A DNA stretch of 64,000 bases from Candidatus Rokuibacteriota bacterium. GTDB taxonomy: Bacteria; Methylomirabilota; Methylomirabilia; Rokubacteriales; CSP1-6. A model generated the notes under the pieces. The model searched no databases. It saw nothing but the letters and a program-made list of their open reading frames with translations, and was not told where the DNA came from. Where the stretch lies: assembly GCA_016188005.1 (NCBI GenBank), contig JACPIQ010000025.1, positions 1-64,000 on the forward strand. Reading direction: 5' to 3'. The position numbers and the translations under genes were made by a program. Positions 1 through 8,167 of this stretch are shown one piece after another (the first letter of the stretch is position 1; each line of letters starts with the position of its first letter).

Positions 1-516
1 GGGCTGGGGGCGCTTCAGCCGGAACACCACGCTGTGAGGATCCGGCGCCTCCACACCCTCCACATTGGCGTACCAGTCCTTGCGCGGGTTGATCCGCAGC
101 TTGGCCTGGGCCTCCGGCGCCTCGCGAAGCATGTCGAAGGTGAACTTGACGTCCTTGGAGGTGAAAGGCTTGCCGTCGTGCCACTTGACGTTCTTGCGGA
201 GGAAGAAGACGAGGTTCCGGTAGTTGTCCTGCCAGGACCACCGCTCGGCCAGCTCCCCGATGATCGTGTCCACGCTCTCGACCGACTTGAGCGGGTCGAA
301 GAAGACCAGGTTGTTGAAGCACGGGCTCGCCGGGAACACCACGGAGATCGTGGCGGTCTCGTGGATGGCGAAGCCCTGGGACAGATCCTCGCGAAGCATG
401 ATGTTGATCGCGCCGCCCGATTTCGGCGCCTGAGCCGCAGCCGGGGTGAGCGTGAGTGCCACCAGCCCCGCCGCGGCGAGGCCTCCGACGATGAATGCAC
501 GCCGCCAGTTCCTCAT
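1..516 (-). CDS. ABC transporter substrate-binding protein, family 5 (peptide/nickel DppA/OppA-like). N-terminal part only; the gene runs off the 5' edge of the window.
   Basis: My own reverse-strand translation from the ATG at 516 gives MRNWRRAFIVGGLAAAGLVALTLTPAAAQA (a signal peptide). It is followed by family-5 SBP motifs (ERWSWQDNYRNLVFFLRKNVKWHDGKPFTSKDVKFTFDML). There is no stop before position 1. It is not in the ORF track because it is truncated at the edge. Confidence 0.7.
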   Translation of the reverse strand, partial: MRNWRRAFIVGGLAAAGLVALTLTPAAAQAPKSGGAINIMLREDLSQGFAIHETATISVVFPASPCFNNLVFFDPLKSVESVDTIIGELAERWSWQDNYRNLVFFLRKNVKWHDGKPFTSKDVKFTFDMLREAPEAQAKLRINPRKDWYANVEGVEAPDPHSVVFRLKRPQP

Positions 517-640
517 GCGCCGTTCTCCTCTCTGCGGGAGAAAGCTGCCGATTGTTCCGGGGATCCGTGATCGGCCCGACTATACGCGAACCCATCCCCA
601 CCGACAACCTCCCCCGGGGGGCCGGACCTCGCGCGCCGCG

Positions 641-2359
641 TCAGGGAGCGGGGCGGAGTGGCCGGCTGGGGCGCAGGAGCTGGTCGCGCTTGACGTCCCA
701 GACACCGCGGGAGGACAGCCGCACCGCCGGCAGGAAGTCGGCCACCATGAAGTAGAGCGTGAAGATGGGGTCGTGGAAGGGATAGCCGCGCGAGATCAGG
801 AGGCCCTTCAGCTCGCGCTCCTTCGCGGCCAGCTCGGGCAAGGGCCGCGTGGACATGAGCCCGGCCACCGGCAGCCCGAGCTCGAAGGCGACGCGCTCGC
901 CCTGCACCAGGACGACGCCGCCCCGCAGGGCCAGGAGGCGGTTCACCGCCCGCGCCATGGCCTCCGGGCTCCGCCCCACGGCGATGATCTGGTAGTCGGT
1001 GGACAGCGTGGCCGCGAGCCCATCGAGATCGGCGGCGAAGCCGGCCAGCGCCGTGGTCGTGACCCACCGTCCCAGCCTGTCCAGCAGCGCGACGTGGAGG
1101 TCGCCCGCCGCCGCTGGCCGCTCCTCGAGCGCCGTGATGACGGTGCTCACGAGCCGGATCACGGGCAGCGGGCCCGCGGGAAGCGCGAGGTCGGCCGGGG
1201 CGATCCGCCAGCGCCGCCCGAGCCTCGCGGCCCCCGAGGTGAAGACACGGTCCCAGGCGGGCTCGGCGAGGCGCGCCAGCAGCCGCCCGTCCCGGGCTGC
1301 GAGCCGTCCGCGGGCGATCACGGCGCTGGGACGGGGCTCGGTGAGATCGGCCAGCAGCAGGATGTCGGCGAAGCGGCCGGGCGCGATCCCGCCGAGATCG
1401 GCGTCCTTGCCGTAGTAGCTGGCCGGATTGAGCGTGACCATCCGGTAGGCCTCGACAGCCGGCACGCCCTCCTCCATGGCGAGGCGCACGAGGCCATCCA
1501 CGTGGCCGTGCTCCATGGTGAAGGCGGGGGTGCTGCCGTCCGTCGTCAGCATGAGCCGACCCAGAGAGCCCGACTTGACGAAGGGCTCGAGCAGGCCGCG
1601 GAGATCGGGGCGGAGCGAGGAGTGGCGCAGCATCAGGGCGATCCCCTGGCGGGCCCGGTCCAGCGCCTCCTGCCCCGTGATGGGCTCGTGGTCGGAGCTG
1701 AGCCCCGCGGCGGCCAGCGCGGCGATGCGCTCGGCATTGGCGCCGGCCGTGTGCCCCTCGATGCGCTTGCCGCGCGCCGGGCCCAGCGCCAGGCGCTCGA
1801 AGAGCCCCGGCCTGCCGGCCAGGAGGTCCATCCAGCGCGTCACCTCGCCGACCGCCGCGACCCGCGGGTTGTCGAGCATGCGCGCCAGTGCCCTCATGGG
1901 AAAGCGCGCCTCCTCCCCCGCCGTGCGCGACTGGGCGTGGGGACGGGCCATCCAGTAGAAGCGCAGCGGCCCGCGGGAGAGCGCCGCCACCGTCCGCTCG
2001 AAGCCCCGGAGGCCGGCAAGCCAGTAGAGGAGGAGGTTGTCGGCGAAGATCGTGGTGGTGCCCAGCGGCAGGATGTGGCGGGCCAGCCCCGCGGGCGTGC
2101 AGAGGTTCCAGGGATGCGTGTGGGGCTCGATGTAGCCCGGGACCAGCGTGCGGCCCGCGGCGTCGATGACCTCCGTGCGCGGCCCCACCATGGTCTCCCT
2201 GAGGCCCACATAGGCGATGCGCTCGCCCTTGATCGCGACGTTGGCCGGGTAGATCTCACCCGTGTACACGTTGAGGAGGAGGCCGCCCCGCACGTACCGG
2301 TCGGCCGGCGCCCGCCCCTGCGCCACGGCCACCAGCGCCCTGCGCTCCTTCGCCCACAT
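641..2359 (-). CDS. ade: Adenine deaminase (amidohydrolase superfamily).
   Basis: Track ORF 641..2437 - has the typical Ade N-terminus (LLLNVYTGEIY), the HxH metal motif (GYIEPHTHPW) and ~570 aa length. I chose the internal ATG (MWAKERRAL...) at 2359, because the upstream ATG at 2437 would run into the palindromic repeat at 2377..2448. Confidence 0.75.
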   Translation of the reverse strand: MWAKERRALVAVAQGRAPADRYVRGGLLLNVYTGEIYPANVAIKGERIAYVGLRETMVGPRTEVIDAAGRTLVPGYIEPHTHPWNLCTPAGLARHILPLGTTTIFADNLLLYWLAGLRGFERTVAALSRGPLRFYWMARPHAQSRTAGEEARFPMRALARMLDNPRVAAVGEVTRWMDLLAGRPGLFERLALGPARGKRIEGHTAGANAERIAALAAAGLSSDHEPITGQEALDRARQGIALMLRHSSLRPDLRGLLEPFVKSGSLGRLMLTTDGSTPAFTMEHGHVDGLVRLAMEEGVPAVEAYRMVTLNPASYYGKDADLGGIAPGRFADILLLADLTEPRPSAVIARGRLAARDGRLLARLAEPAWDRVFTSGAARLGRRWRIAPADLALPAGPLPVIRLVSTVITALEERPAAAGDLHVALLDRLGRWVTTTALAGFAADLDGLAATLSTDYQIIAVGRSPEAMARAVNRLLALRGGVVLVQGERVAFELGLPVAGLMSTRPLPELAAKERELKGLLISRGYPFHDPIFTLYFMVADFLPAVRLSSRGVWDVKRDQLLRPSRPLRPAP

Positions 2360-2376
2360 GGACGCGATTATCCCAC

Positions 2377-2448
2377 GGGGGTCAGGTCTTGCAATCCGAC
2401 ACGCAGCCCAACCGATGGCCCCGATGTCGTAATGCAAGACCTGACCCC
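2377..2448. repeat. Palindromic REP/MITE-like element, copy 1 (GGGGTCAGGTCTTGCAA ... TTGCAAGACCTGACCCC with a variable loop).
   Basis: It has a perfect 16-17 bp terminal inverted repeat. A second copy with identical arms and a different loop lies at 23557..23620. Copy 1 sits between the cyclase stop (2456) and the ade start (2359). Confidence 0.75.
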
Positions 2449-2455
2449 TGCTTGA

Positions 2456-3547
2456 CTACTTGAGGGCAAGGACGTTGAAGGCGGGGACGGGCCGCGAGAA
2501 GCCCCTGAGGGCGAGATCGCCGGCGGGCTCGGCCTCGACCAGCGAGTCCACGCCCGCCAGCACCCGGCGCGGGACGAGGATCTGGCCCGGCCGAGCCTCT
2601 CCGCAGAGACGGGCGGCGAGATTGGTGACCGTGCCGATGGCACCGTAGTCCCAGCGCCCCTCGAAGCCGATGGCGCCAATCGTGGCATAGCCCTGGGCGA
2701 TGCCGATGCCGAAGTCGAGCTCGTACCCCTGGCGGCGCCACGTGACGATCAGCTCGGCGACACGCTCGCGCATGGCCACTGCCATGCGTACGGCCCGCGC
2801 CGCGGGATCGGGTACGGGCACCGGGTCGTTGAAGAAGATCATCATGCCGTCGCCGGTGAAGCGCTCGAGCGTCCCCTCGTGGGCCAGGATCAGCCGCCCC
2901 ATCTCGGCGTGGTACTCGCGCAGCACCCCCATCACCTCCTCGGGCTCGGCCGTCTCGGCGAAGGCCGTGAAGCCGCGGAGGTCCAGGAAGACCACGGTGA
3001 CCTCCCTCCGGTGGCTCTGGAGCGGATCGGCGGCATCCCCCGCCACGATGAGCTCGGCCAGCTGGGGGGAGAAGAAGCGCTTGAGCCGGCCGAGGCGCTC
3101 GAGCTGGGCCACCTGCTGGCGCACGCGCTCCTCCAGCGTCCGGTTCGACTCGGCGAGCTGGTCGTGGAGCGCCTTGATGCGCAGGAGCGAGCGCACCCGC
3201 GCCAGCAGCTCGGCGTGATTCACCGGCTTCGTGAGGAAGTCGTCGGCTCCGGCATCGAGGCCCTTGATCCGCTCCTGCGCCGGGTCCAGCGCCGTGACCA
3301 TCACCACGGGGAGCATGGCCGTCGCGGGATCCTCGCGGATCGCGCGGCAGACCTCGTAGCCACTCATCTCCGGCATCATGACGTCCAGCAGCACGAGATC
3401 GGGACGGTCGGCCGTGACCCTGTCGAGGGCCTCGCGCCCGGAGGCCGCCGTCGCCACCGCGTAGCCCTTCACCGCCAGCAGGTCGGCCAGGAGCTTCACG
3501 TTGTGCGGCGTGTCGTCCACCACCAGGATGCGGGCGGGGTGAGTCAC
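2456..3547 (-). CDS. Response-regulator receiver domain fused to a class III adenylate/guanylate cyclase (REC-CHD).
   Basis: It has an N-terminal REC domain (ILVVDDTPHNVKLLADLL...DLVLLDVMMPEMSGYEV with a phospho-acceptor Asp context). The C-terminus has cyclase-homology-domain hallmarks (VTVVFLDLRGFTAFAE, FTGDGMMIFFN, GTVTNLAARL). It overlaps the upstream RR gene by 4 nt. Confidence 0.85.
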   Translation of the reverse strand: MTHPARILVVDDTPHNVKLLADLLAVKGYAVATAASGREALDRVTADRPDLVLLDVMMPEMSGYEVCRAIREDPATAMLPVVMVTALDPAQERIKGLDAGADDFLTKPVNHAELLARVRSLLRIKALHDQLAESNRTLEERVRQQVAQLERLGRLKRFFSPQLAELIVAGDAADPLQSHRREVTVVFLDLRGFTAFAETAEPEEVMGVLREYHAEMGRLILAHEGTLERFTGDGMMIFFNDPVPVPDPAARAVRMAVAMRERVAELIVTWRRQGYELDFGIGIAQGYATIGAIGFEGRWDYGAIGTVTNLAARLCGEARPGQILVPRRVLAGVDSLVEAEPAGDLALRGFSRPVPAFNVLALK

Positions 3548-3939
3548 GCCCCGCCTCCGGCGCCGCGGCTCCGGTCCAGCAGATCGCGCACGGCCTGGAG
3601 GAACTCCTTCACGTTGATGGGCTTGGACTGATAACCGTCGAACCCCGCGGCCATGATCTTCTGCCGGTCGTGCGTCATGGCCGAGGCCGTCACTGCCATG
3701 ACAGGGATCGCGCCCGTCCGCGGATCGGCCCGGAGCCGCCCCAGCGCCTCGATGCCGCTCATCCCCGGCAGCTGGATGTCCATGAGGATCAGCGCCGGCT
3801 GCTCCGCCTGCGCCAGCCGGAGACCCTCCTCCGCGGTGTCGCTCTCGATGGTGCGGTAGCCCTTGAACTGCAGGACGTCGCGGGCGAGCCTGCGGTTCCT
3901 CTCGTTGTCCTCGACGATCAGGATCAGCTCACTGGCCAT
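3544..3939 (-). CDS. Single-domain response regulator (CheY-like receiver).
   Basis: 131 aa. It carries LILIVEDNERNRRLARDVL...LILMDIQLPGMSGIEAL...KP receiver motifs. It is translationally coupled between the kinase and the REC-cyclase. Confidence 0.85.
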   Translation of the reverse strand: MASELILIVEDNERNRRLARDVLQFKGYRTIESDTAEEGLRLAQAEQPALILMDIQLPGMSGIEALGRLRADPRTGAIPVMAVTASAMTHDRQKIMAAGFDGYQSKPINVKEFLQAVRDLLDRSRGAGGGA

Positions 3940-6832
3940 GGCGCTCCACCGGAAGCGTGAAGGTGAACGTGGACCCCTGACCGACGGCGCTCTGGACCCG
4001 GATCGTGCCGCCGTGCAACTCCACGAGCCTGCGCGCCAGCGTGAGACCGAGACCGGTCCCCTCGCGCTTGCGTGCGTAGTCGGTGCCCACCTGGCGGAAC
4101 TCCTCGAAGATCGCCCCCTGGTCCTCCGGGGCGATGCCGATGCCGGTGTCAGACACCGACACCTCCACCGCCCCGCCGGCCGGCACGGCCCGGACGGTGA
4201 TCCGCCCGCCCTCGGGCGTGAACTTCACGGCGTTCGAGAGCAGGTTCAGGAGCACCTGCTTGACCTTGCGCTCGTCGCCGACGATCGGGCCCACCCGGTC
4301 GTCCACGGCGAGCCGGACCGTGATCCCGTGCCGCATCGCCCGCTCCCGCACCAGCGTGAGGGCATTGTCGAGCGCGACGGGCAGGTCGAATGTCGTCAGC
4401 TCGAGCTCCATCCTGCCCGCCTCGATCTTGGAGAGATCCAGGATGTCGTTGATGAGCGAGAGCAGGTGCCGGCCCGAGGAGAGAATGTCCTGGAGGTACT
4501 CGTCCTGCTTCGGATTCAGCTCGCCGAACATCCGCTCCAGCAGCACCTCCGAGAAGCCGATCACCGCGTTGAGCGGCGTCCTGAGCTCGTGGGACATGTT
4601 GGCCAGGAACTCCGACTTGTGCCGGTTGGCCACCTCGAGCTGGGCGCTCTTGTCCTCGATCTCGCGGAAGAGCCGCGCGTTCTGGATGGCCAGCGCCGAC
4701 TGGGTGGCGAAGGTGTTGAGGAGGGCGATGGCCTCGGGCGGGAACTCGCCGGGGCTCTTCCGGGTCACCACGAGCCCGCCGATCAGATGGTCCTCCCTGA
4801 GCAGCGGCACGGCCAGGAGCGCGCGGTAGCCCTGGCCCAGGAGAACGTCCCGCAGCCGGCTCTGGTACGCGTCCTCCCGGGCGATGTCCGGGATCTGGAC
4901 GGGCGCGCGCGTCTCGGCCAGCCGCCCCGTGGCGCCCTCCCCCTTCCGGAGCCCGATGGGGCGGGCGACCTCGAGGAACTCCTCGGGCAGGTTGCGGGTG
5001 GCGCGCAGGTGGAACTCCCCCGTATGCTCGTCGTACTCGTAGATGGCCCCGGCGTCGGTGCCGGACAGCGCGTTGGCCTGGGAGACGATGGTCGTCAGCA
5101 CGGTCTCGAGGTCCAGCGTCGAGGACACGGCCCGGCCCACCTCGCCCAGCGCCGTGAGCTGCTCCACCGACCGGGTCAGCTCCCCGGTCCGTGCCTGGAG
5201 CTCGCTGAACAGGCGCACGTTCTCGATGGCGATCACCGCCTGGTCGGCGAAGGTCGTGACCAGCTCGACCTGCTTGTCGGTGAAGGCCTTGGGGTCATCC
5301 CGCCAGAGGGCGAAGACCCCGATGGGAACACCTTCCCTCAGCATGGGGACTCCCAGGATCGCCCGGAAACCGCCCAGGCGCTGGGATTCGGCCCACTGGT
5401 ACTCGGGGTCGGCCAGGACATCGGGGATGTGGACCGCCCGTCGCTCGAGGGCGCTCCGTCCCACGAGGGTCCCTCGTCCGAGACGGATCGGGTTCCTGTC
5501 GAGGAACTCCAGCCACGCCGGGGAAGGAGCTCCGTAATGCACGGCCACCCGATACGCCTCATCGTCGAGCCGGAAGATGAGTCCTCGCTCCGCGCCGCAG
5601 AGCTTCGTCGCGTTCTCCACCAGCGTCTCGAGGACGGGCTGGAGATCGAAGGTCGAGCGGCTGATCACCTTGAGGACCTCGCTGGTCGCGGTCTGCTGCT
5701 CGAGGGACTCGCTGAGCTCGCGGGTGCGCTCCTCGACCTTCTGCTCGAGGGTGGCGTAGGACTCCTCGAGCTGGGCGGCGGCGGTGTTGAACTGGTCGGC
5801 CAGGGCCTCCAGCTCGTCGCCGGTGCGCACCTCGATGCGGTGGCCCAGCTCGCCCGCGCCGATGCGCGCCGCCCCGGCCTGGAGGGCCTGGATGGGCGTC
5901 ACCATGCGCCGGGCGAGGACCAGGCTGGCCAGCAGCGAAAGCACCAAGCCCACGGCGAGGAGCACCACCGTGCGGATGCTGGAGGCGTACAGCGGCGCGA
6001 AGGCCTCGCCGAGCGGCAGCTCCACGAACACCACCCAGCCGAGCGGCGCCACGGCAGCGTGGGCCGTGAGGACCTGCTTGCCGCGCGGGTCGGCGGCGAT
6101 GATCACCTCTTCCTTCGCCTCGCCGGGCCCCGGCGGCCCGGAGAGCGCCGATCTCACCTGGGCCAGCGCGGAGAGGTCGGTCTTCCGGAGGACGAGGCTG
6201 ATATCCGGGTGCGCCACGAGCTGGCCGCGCGAGTCCACCACGTAGGCCTGACCGGCCTTGCCGACCTTGATGCGGGAGACCACGTCCCAGATGAACTTGA
6301 GGTTCACCTCGGCCGCCGTCACGCCCCCGCCTCCGCGCTGCGGCACGGCGATGGTCATGTAGGGCTCGGATTCCTTCCGGAAGTACACGGGGCCGAAGTG
6401 CACCTTGCCGGCCCTGGGCTCCAGGAACCTGGGCTCCCCCGAGAAGTCGGCCTGGCTGCCTGCCACGTCCATGGCGAGCTGCGAGACGCGGAGCTGCTCC
6501 CGCCCGGAGGCGTCGAGATGGCTCACCTCGGTGATGGCGCGGACCTGGCTGATCAGCCGGATGAAGTCGAAGCGGCGCTGCGTGAGGGCATCGCCGCGCG
6601 CGGCCAGCAGCGGCTGGGTGGTCCAGCCGATCTGGCGCTCCACCTCGCGGACGAACTGCTCGATGCGCGCGGCCGCCCCCGCGGCCTTCTCGCGCTGCAC
6701 GGCCACCAGCGCGGCCCTGTTCTCCTGGTAGGAGAAGTAGATCTCCACGAGGCCGCTGGCGAGGAGGGCGCCGCTGACCAGGGTGGCGAACAGCGCGACG
6801 TACTTGAGGAAGAGGCCGCCGCGGCGTCTCAC
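3929..6832 (-). CDS. Sensor histidine kinase with TM-flanked extracytoplasmic sensor region, HAMP, tandem GAF domains, HisKA and HATPase_c (no receiver).
   Basis: Track ORF 3929..7231 - shows HisKA (ANRHKSEFLANMSHELRTPLNAVIGFSEVL), HATPase motifs (DTGIGI, GTGLGL), GAF-like blocks, a HAMP segment and two TM helices (LFLKYVALFATLVSGALLASGLVEI and VVLLAVGLVLSLLASLVLA). The first 130 residues of the track ORF are low-complexity. I placed the start at the in-frame GTG at 6832 (VRRRGGLFLKYVALF); the exact start is uncertain. Confidence 0.8.
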   Translation of the reverse strand: MRRRGGLFLKYVALFATLVSGALLASGLVEIYFSYQENRAALVAVQREKAAGAAARIEQFVREVERQIGWTTQPLLAARGDALTQRRFDFIRLISQVRAITEVSHLDASGREQLRVSQLAMDVAGSQADFSGEPRFLEPRAGKVHFGPVYFRKESEPYMTIAVPQRGGGGVTAAEVNLKFIWDVVSRIKVGKAGQAYVVDSRGQLVAHPDISLVLRKTDLSALAQVRSALSGPPGPGEAKEEVIIAADPRGKQVLTAHAAVAPLGWVVFVELPLGEAFAPLYASSIRTVVLLAVGLVLSLLASLVLARRMVTPIQALQAGAARIGAGELGHRIEVRTGDELEALADQFNTAAAQLEESYATLEQKVEERTRELSESLEQQTATSEVLKVISRSTFDLQPVLETLVENATKLCGAERGLIFRLDDEAYRVAVHYGAPSPAWLEFLDRNPIRLGRGTLVGRSALERRAVHIPDVLADPEYQWAESQRLGGFRAILGVPMLREGVPIGVFALWRDDPKAFTDKQVELVTTFADQAVIAIENVRLFSELQARTGELTRSVEQLTALGEVGRAVSSTLDLETVLTTIVSQANALSGTDAGAIYEYDEHTGEFHLRATRNLPEEFLEVARPIGLRKGEGATGRLAETRAPVQIPDIAREDAYQSRLRDVLLGQGYRALLAVPLLREDHLIGGLVVTRKSPGEFPPEAIALLNTFATQSALAIQNARLFREIEDKSAQLEVANRHKSEFLANMSHELRTPLNAVIGFSEVLLERMFGELNPKQDEYLQDILSSGRHLLSLINDILDLSKIEAGRMELELTTFDLPVALDNALTLVRERAMRHGITVRLAVDDRVGPIVGDERKVKQVLLNLLSNAVKFTPEGGRITVRAVPAGGAVEVSVSDTGIGIAPEDQGAIFEEFRQVGTDYARKREGTGLGLTLARRLVELHGGTIRVQSAVGQGSTFTFTLPVERHGQ

Positions 6833-6997
6833 GGGGTCACCCGGCTGGCCCGGGCACAGGGTCGCTCGACGGGCTGATGGTGGCTCACTCCAGCCAGGAG
6901 GATGACACCCCGGGCCCCACGGCGTCAATCGAGCCGTCGGGAGAAAAACCTCGCTGCCCCGCGCCGGGCGCGGTATGGGAGGGGGAGGAGGGACGCC

Positions 6998-7596
6998 ATG
7001 GGCAAGCTGGTCTTCGCCGCCGCGGTGCTCGTCGTGGGGCTCGCGTTCTACTACGCCCTCAAGCGCCAGGCCGATCTGTTCCGCGGCGGCACCCTCGCCC
7101 TCGTGCCCAGGATCGTGCTCACCCTCGCCGTGGGCATCCAAGCGCCCGCTCATCAAGGCCGACGTCCAGAAGGAGCTCACCACGTGGCTGGCGAAGTACG
7201 GGGTCGATCTCAAGGAGGCGGCGCTCGCCAATATCCGCTTCGATCCGAACTACGAGAAGGCCATCGAGGCCAAGCAGATCGAGGAGCAGAAGGCCGAGCA
7301 GAAGCGCTACGAGCTGATCCAGGCCCAGCGGCAGGCCGAGATCGTGGCCGCCCAGGCCAAGGGCAAGGGCGACGCCGCGCTGGCCGAGGCCAAGGGGGTG
7401 GCCGACGCCCTCCGCGTCAAGGGCGAGGCCGAGGCCACCTAAAATGCCCGCGTGGCCGCCTCGCTGACTCCCGTGCTCATCCAGCAGCAAGACCTGGCGA
7501 GATGGGACGGGCGGCTGCCGCAGTACATGCTCGGCGGCAACGCCTCGCCCCTGATCCAGATCCCGGGCCAGACCGGCGAGTCGCCCCGGCGCTGAC
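6998..7596 (+). pseudogene. Decayed SPFH/band-7 (prohibitin/HflC-like) gene. The N-terminal TM segment and C-terminal region lie in different frames, and an in-frame TAA precedes the conserved WDGKLPQYMLGG tail.
   Basis: Frame A (from the ATG at 6998) encodes MGKLVFAAAVLVVGLAFYYALKRQ... (membrane anchor). Frame B (ORF 6975..7442) encodes ...LIKADVQKELTTWLAKYGVDLKEAALANIRFDPNYEKAIEAKQIEEQKAEQKRYELIQAQRQAEIVAAQAKGKGDAALAEAKG (SPFH C-terminal coiled-coil region). A TAA at 7440..7442 is followed in-frame by NARVAASLTPVLIQQQDLARWDGRLPQYMLGGNASPLIQIP. The central ~100 aa SPFH core is missing. Confidence 0.65.
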
Positions 7597-7619
7597 CCGC
7601 GCGGCGCGCGGCCGAGCGG

Positions 7620-8150
7620 CTACCTCGTGATCACCCCGCAGGCGATGCGCGCCCCGCTATTGCCCGCGGGATCGGTTTTCCCGTCGTCGGCCTCTCTGTG
7701 GATGACGAGGGCGGTGCCCCGGCCGCCGAGGAGCGAGGTGGGGCCCGGTGAGAGCGTCACCGCCCTGGTGGTCACGTCGATGCCACCCTCGCCGAACGCG
7801 GCGACCTTCATGTTGGGCAGGTCGCCGGCATGCGGGCCGGCCGGGTTCTGCAGCCCATGCTGCTTGCCCGCGGGGTTGAAGTGGCCGCCCGCCGAGTCGA
7901 AGGTCGGGGGCTGGCACTGCCCCACCGCGTGGATGTGGATCCCCCGCTCGCCGGGCGGCAGGCGGCGGCCCGTCACCGCGATCCGCACCCCCGCGGCCGT
8001 CTCGATCAGCGTGGCCGACCCGACCGGCTTGCCGTCCTTGTCCCTCAGCGTGGCTTCCGCCGACGGAAGCATCGGAGGCTCCTGCTCTGCCATCATGCCC
8101 GCGCAGCCGCTCAGCACCATCCCCGCGCATGCCACCAGGAGCCGTCTCAC
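7620..8150 (-). CDS. sodC: Periplasmic Cu,Zn superoxide dismutase lipoprotein.
   Basis: The C-terminal end of track ORF 7620..10844 - reads ...GIHIHAVGQC...FDSAGGHFNP...GPHAGDLPNM...LVIHREADDGKTDPAGNSGARIACGVI, which are SodC signature blocks. The N-terminus VRRLLVACAGMVLSGCAG carries a lipobox. I placed the start at an in-frame GTG at 8150, with a GAGGG sequence 10 nt upstream. Confidence 0.8.
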   Translation of the reverse strand: MRRLLVACAGMVLSGCAGMMAEQEPPMLPSAEATLRDKDGKPVGSATLIETAAGVRIAVTGRRLPPGERGIHIHAVGQCQPPTFDSAGGHFNPAGKQHGLQNPAGPHAGDLPNMKVAAFGEGGIDVTTRAVTLSPGPTSLLGGRGTALVIHREADDGKTDPAGNSGARIACGVITR

Positions 8151-8167
8151 GGTTCTGTCGCCCTCCG

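Noticed and set aside
513-1067. A minus-strand 184-aa ORF (MGHDHGAGRL...).
   Set aside because: It is in a different frame from the real SBP gene (start 516), overlaps adenine deaminase, and is Arg/Gly/Ala low-complexity.
446-2455. A 669-aa plus-strand ORF.
   Set aside because: Antisense of adenine deaminase. The composition is Arg/Gly/Pro/His-rich and family-less.
3863-6877. A 1004-aa plus-strand ORF.
   Set aside because: It is the antisense frame of the histidine kinase. The sequence is low-complexity (Arg/Gly/Leu/Glu-rich) with no domain signatures, which is typical of GC-driven open antisense frames.
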